This document shows, one piece after another, positions 48,355-63,202 of a stretch of DNA of 64,000 nt. Each line of letters starts with the position of its first letter. Position 1 is the first letter of the stretch. The translations under genes were made by a program, and so were the position numbers. The notes under the pieces are model-generated. The model did no database searches and had not been told where the DNA came from. It was given only the letters and a program-made list of their open reading frames with translations. Source of the DNA: Cycas panzhihuaensis (taxonomy: Eukaryota; Plantae; Cycadophyta); assembly GCA_023213395.1 (NCBI GenBank), contig CM041465.1, forward strand, positions 228,911,741-228,975,740. The letters are read 5' to 3'.

Positions 48355-51300
48355 AGTTTTCATCTTCCCAAATTGTGTCTTTGGTGTCCATGTCCTTCCA
48401 TTTGATGAGGTATTCTTTTATTTTCTCTATTATGCAGCTATGTTGTTCTTACCAGTAATATTCCTTGTGGGTGTAAGATATAGGATCCTTCTTCATCTAA
48501 CTTAGACAAGGATGTTTGCATTGTGACTTTATCTTTAACTTTACCTTTTAGATAAGATACATGGAAGATATTGTGCATTCCTACATTTGGGAGATCTAGC
48601 TAATAAGCAACTTCTTTGATTTTTCCTTATACTTGGAAGGAGCCATAAAACTTTGGTTGTAGTTTTTGTTTCATTGATTTCTTTAATGAGATTTATCTAT
48701 AAGGTTGTAACCTAAAAAATACCCAATCTTTGACATTATATTGACTTTTTATGTAGTGTAGGTTTTGTCGTTACTTCATTATATTTATCATTATATTTAA
48801 GTTATCCTTCTAGTTCCTAAGGATGTCTTCCATTTTTGCAACTTGCTCATTAACTCCTTGACCCTTATATTAAGTTAAAGTGTGGATTAGAGATGACAGG
48901 TTGTAACCATAGAGTGCTTTGAAGGGAGTCTTTTATGCTATTGTGTGGTATATGGGGTTATACCATGATTTCGTTAAGTGTAGCCAACAGTGCCAATGTG
49001 ATCGTTTATTTAAGGTAAAACATCAAACATAACCTTTTAAACATTTGTTTATTACTTTTGATTAATCGTTTGTGTGAGGATGATAAGCAATGCTCATGGT
49101 CAATTTGGTTATGACTAGGGTGAACATATCTTTCCAAATATTACTTGTAAATTTGGGGTCACAATCATTGATAATGCCTTTGGGAAATCCATGTAATCAA
49201 TGGATTTCCTTTGCGAAGACATCTACTATTTAACTTGCTTTGAAAGTTGACTATATCCCCTTGAAATAGGCATATTTTATAGGATTGTTCACAACCACAA
49301 ATATCACATTCTTGCTATCTAAATAAGATAAGCCAGTGATGAAATCCATAGATATTTCTTCCCTATTTTCTGTCAAGAATATATAATGACTAAAGGGGCC
49401 TTAGAATCTTAACTATCTTTGCTTTGTTCCTTTAGCATGTGTCACATTCAACCACATATTGATGCACAGTTTTATTTAAATTATTTTAGAAGAATGACTA
49501 CTTAACATTTCTATAAGTCTTGTTTATACCTACATGGCTTGCAGTGGTGATAGAATGACACTCTTGAAGGATCATGTCCTTGAATATTGATGTTGGTGAA
49601 ATGTAGATTTGATTCTTATACCAAATGATGTCATTCTTCCACTCAAATTTCTCATTCTGAGTTGAAGCATTCTTGTCCCACTGCATGATCTCTTATGTAT
49701 GTGGATGAGCTGCATTTTCTCCTCATATCTTGAGTGATCCATACAAGGGCTAAGACAAGCATGGCATGTGGAGTGGTCTCTTCGTATCTCTGTGACAAAG
49801 CATCTATGATAACATTCTCTTTGCCCTTTTATAAACTATTTTAAAATCAAAAGCTTGTAAGTTGCTTACCCATCTCAGTTGTTGTTCTGATAAGGATGAT
49901 TGTTTTAGAAAATAGTTGAGACTATCATGATCCATCTTAACTACAAATTCACTATTGATCAAGTATTAATGCCATTTTGTAATTACGTGGATAATAGCTA
50001 ACATTTATTTTTCATAGATGTGACACAATTTCTCTTTTCCCTTAAATGTTTAACTTTTATATGTGATCGGATGATCATTCTACATTAATACGGCTTTTAT
50101 TCCATCTCTCCTAAAGCATTGAACTTTACAACAAATTGTTACTTGAAGTTTAACATAGCAAGTATGAGTAGAGTGATTATTAACTTCTTAAGGTCATTGA
50201 ATGGTTTATCTATTTATTCATTCTATTTGAAAGCATCCTTTTTGGTTAAGTCTAAAAGTGATGTTGTTATACATCCATATGCCTTAATAAACCTCCTATA
50301 AAATCTTGATTCTCTTAAAAAGTCGTTTACTATTGATACATTTTTGGGCATAGATTTGTTTAATATTTGCTTAAATTTTTCTTGGATCCATTTTGACCCC
50401 TTCTCTAGATGTGATGTGAGCTAAGTATTCTACTTCTTGTGCCCCAAATGTACACTTAGCCTTATTAGCAAAGAGAACATTATCTTGCAATGTTTGAATG
50501 GCTTATCTGACATGTTGTAAATACTCATCTTAACCCTTACTATAAATCAAAATATTGTCAAAAAAGACTAGGACAAGTTTTATGAGATAGGAATGAAGTA
50601 CGTTGTTCATGGTAGCTTAAAGGGTAGTTGGTGCATTTGTTAGTCTGAAAGGCATGATATTGAATTCATAGTGACTCTCATGCATACAAAATGTTGCTTT
50701 TCCTGTGGCTTAGCCTTGTACTCGAATTTGATAATAGCCGAGTTTTAGATCAAATTTTGTAAAAAGTTGTGTGCCACGTAATTCATCCAAAAGATTATCA
50801 ATTCATGGAATCATAAACTGATTTTTAATAGTAGCTTTATTGAGAGGTCTATAATCAATGCACATTCTATAAGATCCTTTTTTTTTGGTACCAAGATGAC
50901 CGGTGCTACAAAGAGACTTTTACTGGGTATGATTATTCCTTGGTCCAATAGTTCATGAGTTAAGTTTTCTATGATAGTCCATTGATAATATGGATGGTAG
51001 TAGGGTTGAATATTAATTGAGCCATTCTTGGTTCAAGCTTGATGTTATGCTCCATTCCTTTGTCAAGAAGTAAAATTCCTTTGGTAGCTCTTTGAACACT
51101 CTATTGGAACCTCGTAATAATGCTCTCATCTCTAGGTGGATATCTTCTTCTAGTGTTGTGATCAAATAACAATTGATGGCATACCCTAAATCTCCTTTTT
51201 TCAATATTTTTCCCATCTGATAAGATGAAACTTGTTGGTTAGGGGGTGTCCATAATGCTTGTAACATGTATTTCTTGCCATTTTGCTAGGGTTTCTTGAA

Positions 51301-54044
51301 TAGCTTGTTATAATTCATCACAATGGATTATAAAGTCCTTACCGTTGTACACCCTAAATGACGTCAATGCCTCCCATTGACATTGCAAACATTGAAGATT
51401 GCAACATGTAATCGAACATAGTTAGGGATACTTTAGGGCATGTGCCTCCACATGGCATAATCTTTCTCCCATCTATGGCCACTTGGAACTAGTTAAGAGG
51501 TGCAACATGAAGCCCTGTCTGCTCTGTTGTTGGTTGGTTAATGAAGTTATAAGTGCTTCTTCCATTAATCAAGAGTATCACATTTGTATTCTTAATCATT
51601 CCTTCAAGGTTTGGATTGAAGTGAGGATCCTCGTGATAGCTCATAAAGAAGTTTCCATGCCTGAGGTGTCTTATTCTTCTTCTAATGCCCAATCTTCCAT
51701 GATTTACTTATTATCAAGGGTTTGGTCTTCAATTTCCTCTTCTACTACAGGTTGATCATTCTCCATTGTATATTATTTTTTTGGGCAAGTTGTCTGAAGA
51801 ACATAAATGGCCCTTCATTTTTTACCACATTTGAAACAAGTACTTTGCTTAAGATATTCCACACTTGATGTTGTGCATGCATTTTGGATGGACTTTAGGA
51901 GTTGTGGTGTAAGAATTACTCATGTAGCCCCCTGTGTAGGTTTTGTTATCCCTCTTAGGTTGTAATGTCCTAGGATTAGATTTGAACTCTGCTTACACAT
52001 TCTAAGCCTAAACCATTGCTTGTTTGAGGTTAGAAACCATTAGTGATTTTAACTTGAATCAAATGTTCTCATTAAAGCCTCCTAGATAGGTTTCTAAAAG
52101 GAGTTTTTCATCAATTTTCATAAGCAACATGCTTTGCAAGTTTTGAATTTCTTTTAAGTATCACTTCATTGATCTTGTTTGTTATAGGTTGTTAAGCCAT
52201 AAGTAGAAATCTCAATCCCATGTATCCTCATACCATTCACAAATTACTAGTTTGAAAAAAGGCAAATTGAAATTGGTCGTATTTTTGTAATCAGTGTGCC
52301 ATCATGTAAATCAATGAGTGTAGGGACATAAATAAGATTTTATTTTGTCGAAATAAAGATGGATGTTGAAATATATCTGCATCTTCACTAACCACGCACG
52401 TACATCTTCATCCTTGTTTGGATCAAAAAATTCTAAGTGAACCTTTATATTTTTAATTATTAACCCTTCTATGTACCTTGGGTCTCTTGGATGGGATCTC
52501 TTCCTCATTGGGTCTATATTCCCTTGATGTTCCTTCCTCCTTTGTGCGTCTCTGAATCTTATTAACACTATCCATTGGTATGTTAACATTAAATGATAGG
52601 TCATTTACAATTTGTTGTAATGATGTAACAAATTGTGCAATTTGCTTAAGAACCCTAACTTGTTTAAAGCTCTCTTTGACTCTCTGCATCGCATTTTTCT
52701 TTTTGAGATGGAGGGGTGCTCTATTCTCTTTGAATGGGAGTTTTCCCTAGTTTTTTAGTGTTAGTTCCCGAACAATGTTTGAAAACAACCCTTACTTTTT
52801 TTACTAGCAACTTTGTACATAGGTGCAAAGATTGCAAAAAAGTATGTGGAATTTAAAATAAAAGAAAAGGAACACTAAAATCAAATGCCAAATGGCAAAA
52901 ATTTAATCACCAAAAGGTTGATCATTAGATCCCATGAAGCACCCCAATATCTCTTGCTCAACTTCTAGGATTAAAATCTTGAGCTATACGATTCCAAAGT
53001 ATGTCGTATATATATGCGTTTTGAAGGTGATCAAGTGCAGATCCCAAAGAAATAGATGGCATCAGATTTGGAGCTCATAGTAAAATGATATCACAAACTT
53101 TGTACAATTAGGTACTCAAAGAAGGATGAAAAGAAAATAAAGGACTTAAGCCCCCTATTGTCACATATGCTAGTCACATGGAACTATTTCATATGACTAA
53201 GGGGCAGACTCAAAATTATATTAAATAAGATTTGATGCTATTTTAAGCCTTAGAAAGGAGAAAAGAAAAAAAACATTAATGCTTCCCTTTCCTACAATGG
53301 TGGGCCTATGATTTTTGGGTGCGTTGATCGTGTTAATTCACGGTGAAATTAAGGGTTTTGGCTTTGATTTGAATTACAATAACCCTTCTTATGCTAACAT
53401 TCCTCAAGTGATATTGCTATAATTTTTTCAATTCACTAAAAGAGTCTCCAAATGTCAACAGAAATGGTCACATCTTTTACGAAGTGTTACAACTTGTGGT
53501 GAGCTCAATAAACATCTAAAACGAGATCTACTTGCCATGAATTAGCTGGTGTTGCCCTATCCTAGCTAGATCTAGTATATGGCATTATGACATGCTAAAA
53601 CACCCAGGATAACGACAATATTAAGTGGCTTTGATACCACTTGCTTGAACATAACAGGTTTGGAATGCTGCCACAAAAGGAGATTAATACAAATAACAAA
53701 AAATATATTGAATAATGATGAAAATAGTATGAAAAATAAATAGAACTGATGAATGTTGGTCCTCTTTGAGGTGATGGCTTCTTTGAGAATCATCGTTGCC
53801 TATAGTTGCTTTGAAAATCTAATGCTCCTAAATAATGTTCAATGATACCCATCCATCACCCTTTCGTGCCTTAAATGACCATAAAAGGGGCCTTTATACC
53901 AAAATACATGTGGTATCCATAAGGAGATGTGACTATTGGTTTGTAATATGCTTAGCTTATAACTAGTGGTATTTTGCAAGTGGGCATTCTCATTTTGGAT
54001 TTGGCCTTCAATTTTTTCATCTAATGGCTTCCTTACCATCTTCA
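48355..54044 (-). mobile_element. Degenerate Gypsy chromovirus 'Gypsy-5' (Reina-like) inside the hAT, lacking a 3' LTR
   Basis: Chromodomain KEYLIKWKDMDTKDTIWED (48361-48419); integrase, RNase H and RT remnants; protease LINGRSTYNFI (51489-51692); gag 52311-52689. PBS at 53628-53639; LTR-like from 53642. Confidence 0.85.
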
Positions 54045-54051
54045 ATTGGTA

Positions 54052-55935
54052 ATGGTCATAGTGAAGCTATGATCATGGGAAGAGTGGAGCTAAACATGAT
54101 AACTCATCATTATGGAAATATGTTGTGGGGCTCACTCCTATGATGAAAGGAGGTGGGAGATGTTGTTTTTGGAAATGTAGTAAGTGCAAAAATACTTTTA
54201 ATGGATATTGTTCAAAGGTCAAATCCATTTGATGCATTGTATCAATATGGGAGTTCAAATATGTAACACAGTTAATCAAATGGATGCAAAAAAAATGTTT
54301 AGGGGTAAGAAACTATTGAGAGAGTTAATGCATACAAAGTGTTCACTTCGACAAGTAAGGAGTAATGTTTTGCTTTTGGCGGCGATGCATCTAACATATT
54401 GGTGCCCATGATGGTGGGGGAAGGCCATAAATGACAAAATTAGCAGCTATTTCGAATGATGGTTGATGTGAATGGCAAGGAGGAGGTTGATAATGCGATT
54501 AAATGCTATATTTATGTGTAAAGACTCTTATTTTTTCTTTTTTGCTCCTAATATTGGCAAAATATGATGAATGTAATAAATGATGGACCAAGGGGTTGTA
54601 AGAGCATCACCTATGAGAAATTGCGAACCACCTTGCTTGCAAAGGAGAGGAAATTGGTGGAGTAGTGCATGGAGCTAACTTGTACAAGTAAAAAAATAAT
54701 AGGGGTCTCCACTATATTAGATGGCTAGACAAATGCAATAAATAAATCTCTTATGACTATCATCATTAACTTTTTAAAGGGTGCATACTTCCTTAATGCA
54801 ATTGATTGCATTGGTAAAGAGAAGAACACATAGTTTATTACAAATGTGCTTGTAAATACAACTGAAATTGTGGTGTTGTTGAATGTGGTGCAGGTCATGA
54901 GAAACAATGCACACATTTGTAAAGCAATTGGTGTGATTATAGAAGATGGATACAACTACATATTTTGGACTCCATGTGTGGTTTACAACTTAAGTCTGGC
55001 ATTGAAGGTGATTGGGACAATTCCTTGGGTTTAAAAAGTCTATGATATAAGGAAGGAAATTCAATTTTTTATTACCAATCATGAGCAAGTACATGCAATT
55101 TTCAAGACAAACTAATGCTTGGAAATCTTGAAGGCTGTAGAAACATGATTTGCAACCCATTTCATTATATTGAGGAGATTATGCGTAATTAAGGAGGCCT
55201 TGGGAAACATGTTATTTTCAAAGTCATAGATAGATTAGAGGGCTTTTAAGAGTGAAAATGTACAGTAGGTTAAGATGGAAAAAGTTGAGTACCTACTTTG
55301 ATTTTGTGAACCCATAGTGGATATGATTTGAAAAGATGACACACTTCATCATTTCATGGAAGAAGTATATGAAGGCATGGATAGCGTGATAGAAGAGATA
55401 GAAGATATTATTGTGAAAGATAAGAATGATAAATCTTTCCTTCAAAGGATTCACACGACCATTCTACATTGGTGGTTCAAATTTAATACATATTTGTATA
55501 CTTTAAGATAAGCAGTGGTAGGAGGAAGGCACCTAATAAAGACATAGAGATTGCCATAAGATACAAGGTTGCATTCAACAAAATATATCCAGATGAGGAA
55601 CAAACCCTCACATTGCAAATCTACTTTGCTAGTGGGAAGGATTCCTTTTGAAATCCATAGGCATTGAGAGAGAGAGTAAATATGGAACCTATTGAGTGGT
55701 GGAGATATCATGGATCAGAAGCTAAAGGACTCTAATCCCTTGTTATATGTTTTTTCACAATTGGCAAGCTCTTCAACGGTTGAAAAGAATTAAGGCACCT
55801 ATGTTTTCATTTATTTGCTGAATAGGAACAAGTTGGGATCAAAGAAGGCCAAATATCTAGTTTATGTACACATAAATATTTGCCTTCTATCATGATCAAA
55901 GAAAGAGTATAGTGAAGGGCCTTTATTTTTGGGAT
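54052..55935 (+). pseudogene. hAT transposase remnant (BED finger, DUF659-type core, dimerisation domain)
   Basis: LWKYVV...WKCSKCKNTFNG; IFWTPCVVYNLSLALK; PIEWWRYHGSE; SSSTVEKN; RNKLGSKKAKYLVYVH. Many stops. Confidence 0.88.
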
Positions 55936-57588
55936 GTGAATCTTGAAGACGGGGATAATTGGGTTCACAAGATTTAGCTTTGGCAATTTGTCTTTGGATC
56001 CACCAATTTTGCCACCATAAATTCTCCATGATCATGATGATCCTCCTCCTTTTGCTTCTATTTATTATAATCCATCATCAAATTATTATGATATATGTGG
56101 TGTTGGTACTAGTGTAAAGTTAATCAATGAATAATAATGTTTTAACTTTTAATGGTGGTATATGAATATTTTGTAATGTACAAATATCGAATAATGAATA
56201 TTGAATCTTTATTTTATATTTATTGCAAGCTGCTTCATATGTTTCACATATATATAGATAAAGAGATAGGAAACTCTACCTTGTTATATCCTACTTATCG
56301 TATCCTCGTATCCTAGATTTTGGGGAGTGTCATATCTATATATGCTCTTACTTTTGCTCTCACATATTTGGCTACTTAGAATATACCCAAACATGGTCGA
56401 AGAAAAGTTGGGTAGCGTGTAGTGTATCAATGACTTCATTACACAGGATGAACATTGCCATCTTGGAAAACTAGCAAACTATGACAAGTATACAATCATG
56501 TTTGTGATAAGACATCGATAATGCACTATGGCGTCTTAAGGACAAAAGCGTATTAGCAAAGGCTAATACAAACCTACCTTCTGATTGTAAGGTTTGGATT
56601 GGTTACACAAGGCATAATGTATGATGAACTTCTCCACATACCTCTATGTAGATGGTTAGTAGAAGTATCTCTGTAAATGTTGTAGGGTTTTGAAAATCTC
56701 CAAGTGCCACCCATAGCTGGAAGCATGTACTTTCTTTAGAAGTTAGTCTCCATTATTGCCTTGTGGCACACAAAGTTGATGGAGCTAATATAGTAAGCTA
56801 TCTTGCAAGTGATATTTGAGGAATGACTATTAATTCACTTGATCAAGTTACAGTATCAAAATTTAGATGGTGCTGAAGTTGGGGTTGGAGTTGTACGTAT
56901 TTTTTCACTTTGACTAACCATAACGCCTAGTGTTAATTACATTAAATAAAGTATGGCAAAGAAGGCTATTAAGAAAATCTAACACCTTGTTGATTGTCCT
57001 CTTCTTGTATTTGATAACTAAGGGAAACTATTAGAAGTATTAAGCCCATGGCAATGCTCTTAAATCCGATGATATGGATGTAGAGACTGAAGTGACCAAT
57101 GGCATGTGTAGACAATGATCTCCTTTCACAAGACATAATGAAGCTAATACTTAATTGCTCACACGAGGGTATATAATCCATTTGTCATATGCACTATAGT
57201 TTAATTTTTCTTGTGAGAATGTCTTAGAGTAGTAAGTGATAAGCTATTCTTCTTGCCTAAGTACTCCTCCCATGGCCACCTACAAGGTGTCAGCCTTAAC
57301 ATCAAAAATTTGTTATAGGTCTAACAATGTAAGAATTGAGGCTTTGCATAAGGCACAATTCAATCTTTTGAAGGTAGCCTATTGAATGGGTCACAAGTTG
57401 AAAGGTGTTGTGTTATTTGTGAGAGCATGGAGTGCATGGGAAATACCTATATATTTGAAAAAGAATTTCCTGTAGAAGTTTGTGGATGCTAAGAACCCAT
57501 AGAGATCAGTTAATTTCTTGGGTGAAGGCTAGTTATAAGTGGCCTAGACCTCTTTGGTGTCTACATGAATGCCCTATGAATGGATAAT

Positions 57589-60500
57589 TGATGCAATGCT
57601 CTCTTTTGAACCTCACAACATGCCAATCCTCAATTGATTCAATACCTTTCAAAGACAAAGCAATTTGATAACCTAGAAATAAGACAACAAGCAACCAAAA
57701 TGCTATTTCAAATCACAGAGCACTTTAATTAAGAGCAATAATTGTATGTTACAAAAGGAATGCCTGTAAGGGCTAACATTACACTATACAACCCGATTAA
57801 GTGCTCTCCTTTGTTCTCTATTGAACTGTTGTCTGAAAAATTGAAAGCTAAGAAGCCAAAATGTCCTTCTAAGTGTCAAGGAGCTAGGAGAAAAAAAAAA
57901 ACTTCTAATTCAACCTCAATCCCATATATTCTTACTTTTGTGTCCCTTTCAATCTACTTGTCATCAATCACAACTTTAAGATTTTTACTGCAAATTTGAG
58001 TGTTGGTCCAGCCTCCTTCATAGAGTGTCTTTAATGGCTCCATTAGGATTCACCATATTTTGCTTGTAATTCTTCAATGTACACTAGGCATATGAAGATC
58101 TATGTCTTAAAAATGTTGTTGACTTTGAATCAACATGCATAGCATGGCAGTGATACTTGTGTGCTTCATATGAATAGAGGATTGGTATGATAGTTAGTTG
58201 ATGGGTTCCTTTCCACATAATTTTTGTTGTTTTCACATCTTTGCAATTTCATGAACTAGCCATGAAGTCACTATGATGATGCCACATATCCTGTATCTGA
58301 CAATGATGCTTTAATCACACTTCACTTCTTTGAAAAAGGTTCCAACTTCATCTTTTTCACGCAATGTGTCTACTTATGAATGGCATTTAGTGTGGCCACA
58401 TGTCTTTGAATAGACAACCATCATCTCATTGCACCTCATTCACTTGCGAATTTTCCAACTCGTAAATTAACTTCCTTGTAAAACACAAACTCTCTCTATG
58501 AGGCATTTCCTTGTGAAACTTTAAGTTGCAAGTTTAAAGTTTTTTCTCCTGCGAATACTCCAACTCCTGAATTTTGCTAAGTTTTTATACTACTATACAG
58601 TATTTATAAAAATGCTATTACATCCTCCTCCTTTAGTTACAAAAGGAAATATGCGTATATCAAATGAGCTCTCGTTCATTCACCTTCTCAAATTCTTTCC
58701 ACATCTCTTTATCTAGGTCTCTCATATTTGCTTTAGGTATCTAAGTGCTATATTTCGATGGTAAACCTTGCCACTTGATAAGGTATTGATTATACCTTCC
58801 TTGTCTTGACTTAGTCACTTGTTTATGCAATAGTGCCTCTTATCTTTTCTCTTCTCTTCTTTGACGCCTATTTTTTCCAATCTTAAAAATGATCTCTGAA
58901 ACCTTCATCACTTGGATGATAAGTATATAAATATGCAATATTAAATGTGAGAGAAATATTGAGCTCATTAGGTAACTCAATTTTATAGGCACCTGGATTT
59001 ATCGTCTTCAATATCTTACATAAGTCTTATCTTTTTGAATTTGAGTTTATTATAGGTTCTTCTTAGAAGCCTTTGTTTTCATACATAAACCATTACAAGA
59101 TCTCCCATAATAAATTCCTTGGCTCTTCTTGACTAATTAGCTACTACTTTATATTTCTATCAAGTGACTTCTAACTACTGTCAAATTTTTTCATGCATCT
59201 TTTTTAGCCTCAGAGCAAGTGCTTCAACATCATCACTTACATATTCATTTGGGGGTAATTGAACCAAATCTGCAGCAATCTTAGGTGTCCTCTCATATAC
59301 TATAAAGAATGGTGATTTACTTGCAGACTTATTCATTGAAATGTTATAGGAAAATTCAAAATATGGTAACATGTTATTCGAATGTTGGGGCTTATAATCG
59401 ACTAAGCTTCTCAATAGATTCCTTAATGATTTGTTCACTACCGCAATTTGTCCATCTATCTTAGAGCGAGGAGCATTGTTGAACTATAACTTAGTATTCA
59501 ACTTCTTCCATAATGTTTGCTAAAAATGGCTTAGAAATCTAGTATCTTGGTTATAAATGATGCCTTTTGGCCCACAAAGTATTATAACCTCCTTGAAACC
59601 CAAATTAGCAATCCTACTTGCATTATTTGTTCTTGTGAAAGGTAGAAAATATGTGATTTTTTAGAATGGATCCTCAACCACAAAGATGGAATCATTTCCA
59701 TGCTAAGTGGTAGGCAATCCAAGCACATAGTCCATGGAAATTATCAACCCAAGGCTTTGTAGGCATTGGTGGCCAATTGGCAAATTTTGCATCACTCAAT
59801 AAATTTAGTAACTTGTCTGCACAACCTAGGCTAAAAATATCTTTCATCTACAAGTGCATAAGTCGTATGTTAATCAAATTGACCTCTGAGACCTCCATAA
59901 TGCAATTCATGAACGATGTTCTCCCTCATTAAGATGTCAGATATGCATAACCTTTTACCTTTGAATAAATAACTTTCCTACAAAAAAAACATCATAAACT
60001 TCCCCTTAGTGGTATAATGGATTCTCCAAATAATCCATTACGTTTTTAAAGTCTTTGTCCCAAACATAATTCTCTTTAATTATTTCAAAACCTACAACCT
60101 CATTTTACATTGTAGTAAGTAACAGATCTTTCCTACTACGTGCATCTACTACATTATTAGATTTTTTAGATTTATGCTTAATTACAAAGGAATAACTTTG
60201 AATATATTCTACCCATGTCATATGCTTTGCACTAAACTTACTCTATGAATTAATGAACTTTAGAGCTTGATGGTTAGTATAAAGAATAAATACCTTAGGA
60301 AGTAAATAATATCTCCAAAATTTCAATGCTTATACTAAAGCATAAAGCTCTAAATCATAAGAGGAATATCTCTTCCCTACTTCATTTAGCCTTTTACTAA
60401 AAAATGCAGTTGATTTGGCTTCTTGATTAAGCACAACACCATTGGCCACCTTCAAAGTAATGCATTCCAATTTGAAAACCTTACTAAAATTAAGACCAAC

Positions 60501-61950
60501 TTTGTTGATTTAGCAACCATTTTCTTCAATAAGTCAAAGCTCTTTTGAGCTACACTCATCCATTGGAACACATTACCCCCAGTATAATCTATGATTAGAG
60601 TTGAAATCCCATTAAAATTTCTAGTAGAAACTTACCATTCCATAAAAACTCCTAACCTATGTGATGCTAGTTGGAATGGGCCATTCAATAATAGCTCTAA
60701 CCTTAAAAGGATCTATTGGTAATCCCTTTTGTGAGGTGATGAATCCTGGGTATACCGTATGGTTCTACTTGAATTTGCTCTTCTTAAGGTTCATGTACAA
60801 CTTCCTCCTCTAAATTAAATCAAATACCATCTATAAGTATTTTAAATGTTCTTCCTTAGATTTTCTAAATATTAATAAATCATCAAAATAAATAATCATA
60901 AGCTTACCAAGATATGCCTATAATACCATATTCATCAACCTCATGAATGTATTTGGTATATTTGTAATCTGAAATGCTATAACCAACCATTCATACATGT
61001 TATCTCTAGTGTTGAATGCAGTCTTTCGTTCATCTCTTTCCCGAATGCAAATCTAGTGATATCTACTACAAAAATCAATTTTTGAAAAATACTTCAGTCT
61101 AACAAACACATCCATCATGTCATCCAATCTTAGGAAAGGAAATTAATATTTTATTGTGTTCTTATTGATGGCTCAATTTGATGCACATCCTCCAATTTCC
61201 ATCCTTCTTAAGGGTGAGAAACATAAGTGTAGCACAAAGGCTATGCTCTCCCTTACTAAACCTTTCTTCGACAATTCTTGTAACAAACTTTTAATTTCTT
61301 CATGCTCTTAGGGTCTTAATCTATGTGGTGCTTGATTAAGCAGTTTTAAACTAGGAATTAAATCAATGTGATGAGTACATCCATCAATGGTGGAAAACCT
61401 GTTGGCAATTTATCTAGTGTAATGTCTTTGTACTTGTTTAAGAGCTTACTCAACTCTTTAGGCATGCATTTGTGCCATCGTTCTTCAACTTTTTTGATAC
61501 AAATGCATAACATACAATCGTCATGCATACTTTCTTCACATATATCTTCCTTGGAAGGGCCACTACTTCTTGCTCTTCACCTCTTGCAAGTGTCAAATAA
61601 AACTCCTTCCTTTCTTGGATATGGTGTAGGAGTTATTTCTACAATCATGGATGACTCTTTAGTCAAATATCATGGCCTTCCCAACAACATGTGGTATGCA
61701 TCCATGGGAACTATATTACACCACACCTCATCTATGTAACCTTTAATTTGAAAGGCTACTAAATATTTCTCTCTAACCATAATCTCAACCACTTTCTTAA
61801 ACCATGACATTTTATAAGGAATCTCACACTTCTTACATTGAAGCTTTAGTTCTCGTACTACATTTAAAGATACTATGTTCTCACAACTTCCTCTATTAAT
61901 AGTTATTTTATAAAATTTACCTCCTATATTGCATTAAGCTTTAAAGATTT
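57589..61950 (-). mobile_element. Degenerate Gypsy 'Gypsy-7' (CRM-like protease, chromodomain) with putative 3' LTR 57589-58622
   Basis: PPT AAAGGAGGAGGA (58623-58634) abuts TGTAAT on the minus strand. Chromodomain YLIKWQGLP ~58760-58787; integrase 59181-59438; RT ~60700-61300; protease INRGSCENIVS ~61870-61900. Confidence 0.82.
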
Positions 61951-62607
61951 AATCAGTTACATAACCCCACCTTTCTTAAGAACTAATAAGCGGGAGCCAC
62001 CAAAGGGTTGAGGATTGATGTCAGTTATTAAGATTTGTTCACAGGCAGCTAAGCCTTCTAGTAAGATGTAAGGCCACTAGGGCTACTAATAGAATCACAA
62101 GGAAGAAGAACCCCACATGTGTATTTAAAAGGTCGAATATCACTTGTAATGGTTGTTGAGTATTATTATCTTTCGAAGAGAAAATACTTTGGTACTCCCT
62201 TTGGTGTTCAATTTATGATCGATTTGTATATTTTGTCTCTTTAAGGTGATATTTGGCTTCTATTTCTGTTAATCTACATTTGCAAGGTTGAATTTTTGAG
62301 AGGAAATGCTCCAATGATATTAGAGTCATATTTGTGATTGTGGGAAGTTGCTCAATAGGCCAAAAGTCATCGATTTTGTTTTTCCTCTAACAGATTGAGT
62401 ACTCTGTTTACCCAACTAGAGATCAAGGAAAGACCTGCTCTTAGTACTCTCTTCACAAATATTGACGAATAGAACCAGCACAATTCGGGAGTCATGAGAG
62501 AAGGCGAATTTCTTCCCCTAGGAAATTGTTAATACTTTATTTTTGCCTTGCATTTATTTTTAGTTTAATTCATTTAATCTAATTTTTGTATTAGGTCGTT
62601 AGTCTAA

Positions 62608-63050
62608 GGGTAGATAATACTGCTTAGTGGCTACCCTTTCTCCTTCCCACCCCTCTTTTTTGGGTAGATAACACTGCTTAGTGGCTACTTGAGTAGTTAG
62701 GTAGAGAGCTTATACTGGGAGTCTTTAAAATCATGGGGATCTATCATTCTAGCTAAGTACATCATGGATTTTTCGCCCATTATGTAAAGGACTAGGGATA
62801 ACATTCCTAAACTAAGCCTTGGATAGAACCTGGCTACGAATTTATGCATCCACGTACATTCAGGTATATAGGAGGACCCTTATAGGTCCCAAATCCTTCC
62901 TAGCATTAGCAAGTTGCTCAGTGTTAAAGTCTTATATTGCAATGATTAGCGGTTAGTGTCATGAAGCTACCTGCCCCAAACTTCAGCATCTGAAGTTTAT
63001 TGGTAGACCTACATGACAAAGTACACTTTATCTAGTGGTTGGTAAGACTC
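62608..63050 (+). promoter_or_regulatory. Conserved leader module, fourth copy, with duplicated 5' hairpin
   Basis: At least six collinear blocks shared with 13329-13735. Confidence 0.72.
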
Positions 63051-63199
63051 CTTCGATCACTTACACATTGCTTCATATGCTCCATTTCTTGATTAAGATC
63101 TCAAGCCATAGCATATATTTATATTAAAGAAAAAATAAAATAAAAAACCTAAATTTTAAATACTGCCTAAATTCAGAGCCTATCAATGTAGTTAGACTC

Positions 63200-63202
<3 letters not shown>

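Larger units (their letters stand above)
47811..56379 (+). mobile_element. hAT DNA transposon with a nested Gypsy
   Basis: 17-bp TIRs: CTTTGTAGCCATATATG (47811-47827) and the inverse of 56363-56379, CTAAGTAGCCAAATATG. 8-bp TSD AATGTACC (47803-47810) / AATATACC (56380-56387). Subterminal GTATC/GATAC repeats at both ends. Confidence 0.9.
47170..57588 (-). mobile_element. Old Gypsy 'Gypsy-6' (RNase H-integrase remnant), split by the hAT insertion
   Basis: Integrase reads TQLFFDHVWV (right of hAT) into HYNLLLGINLDKDAYFLSHFW (left of hAT). C-terminal HKLKPI..PYKIIE at ~47280-47325; RNase H region up to ~57588. Confidence 0.8.

Noticed and set aside
62668-62700. TAACACTGC resembles the start of the rice twister ribozyme
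   Set aside because: The downstream twister core (CCGGTCCCAAGCCCGG...GAGGG-like pseudoknot partners) is absent in all copies.
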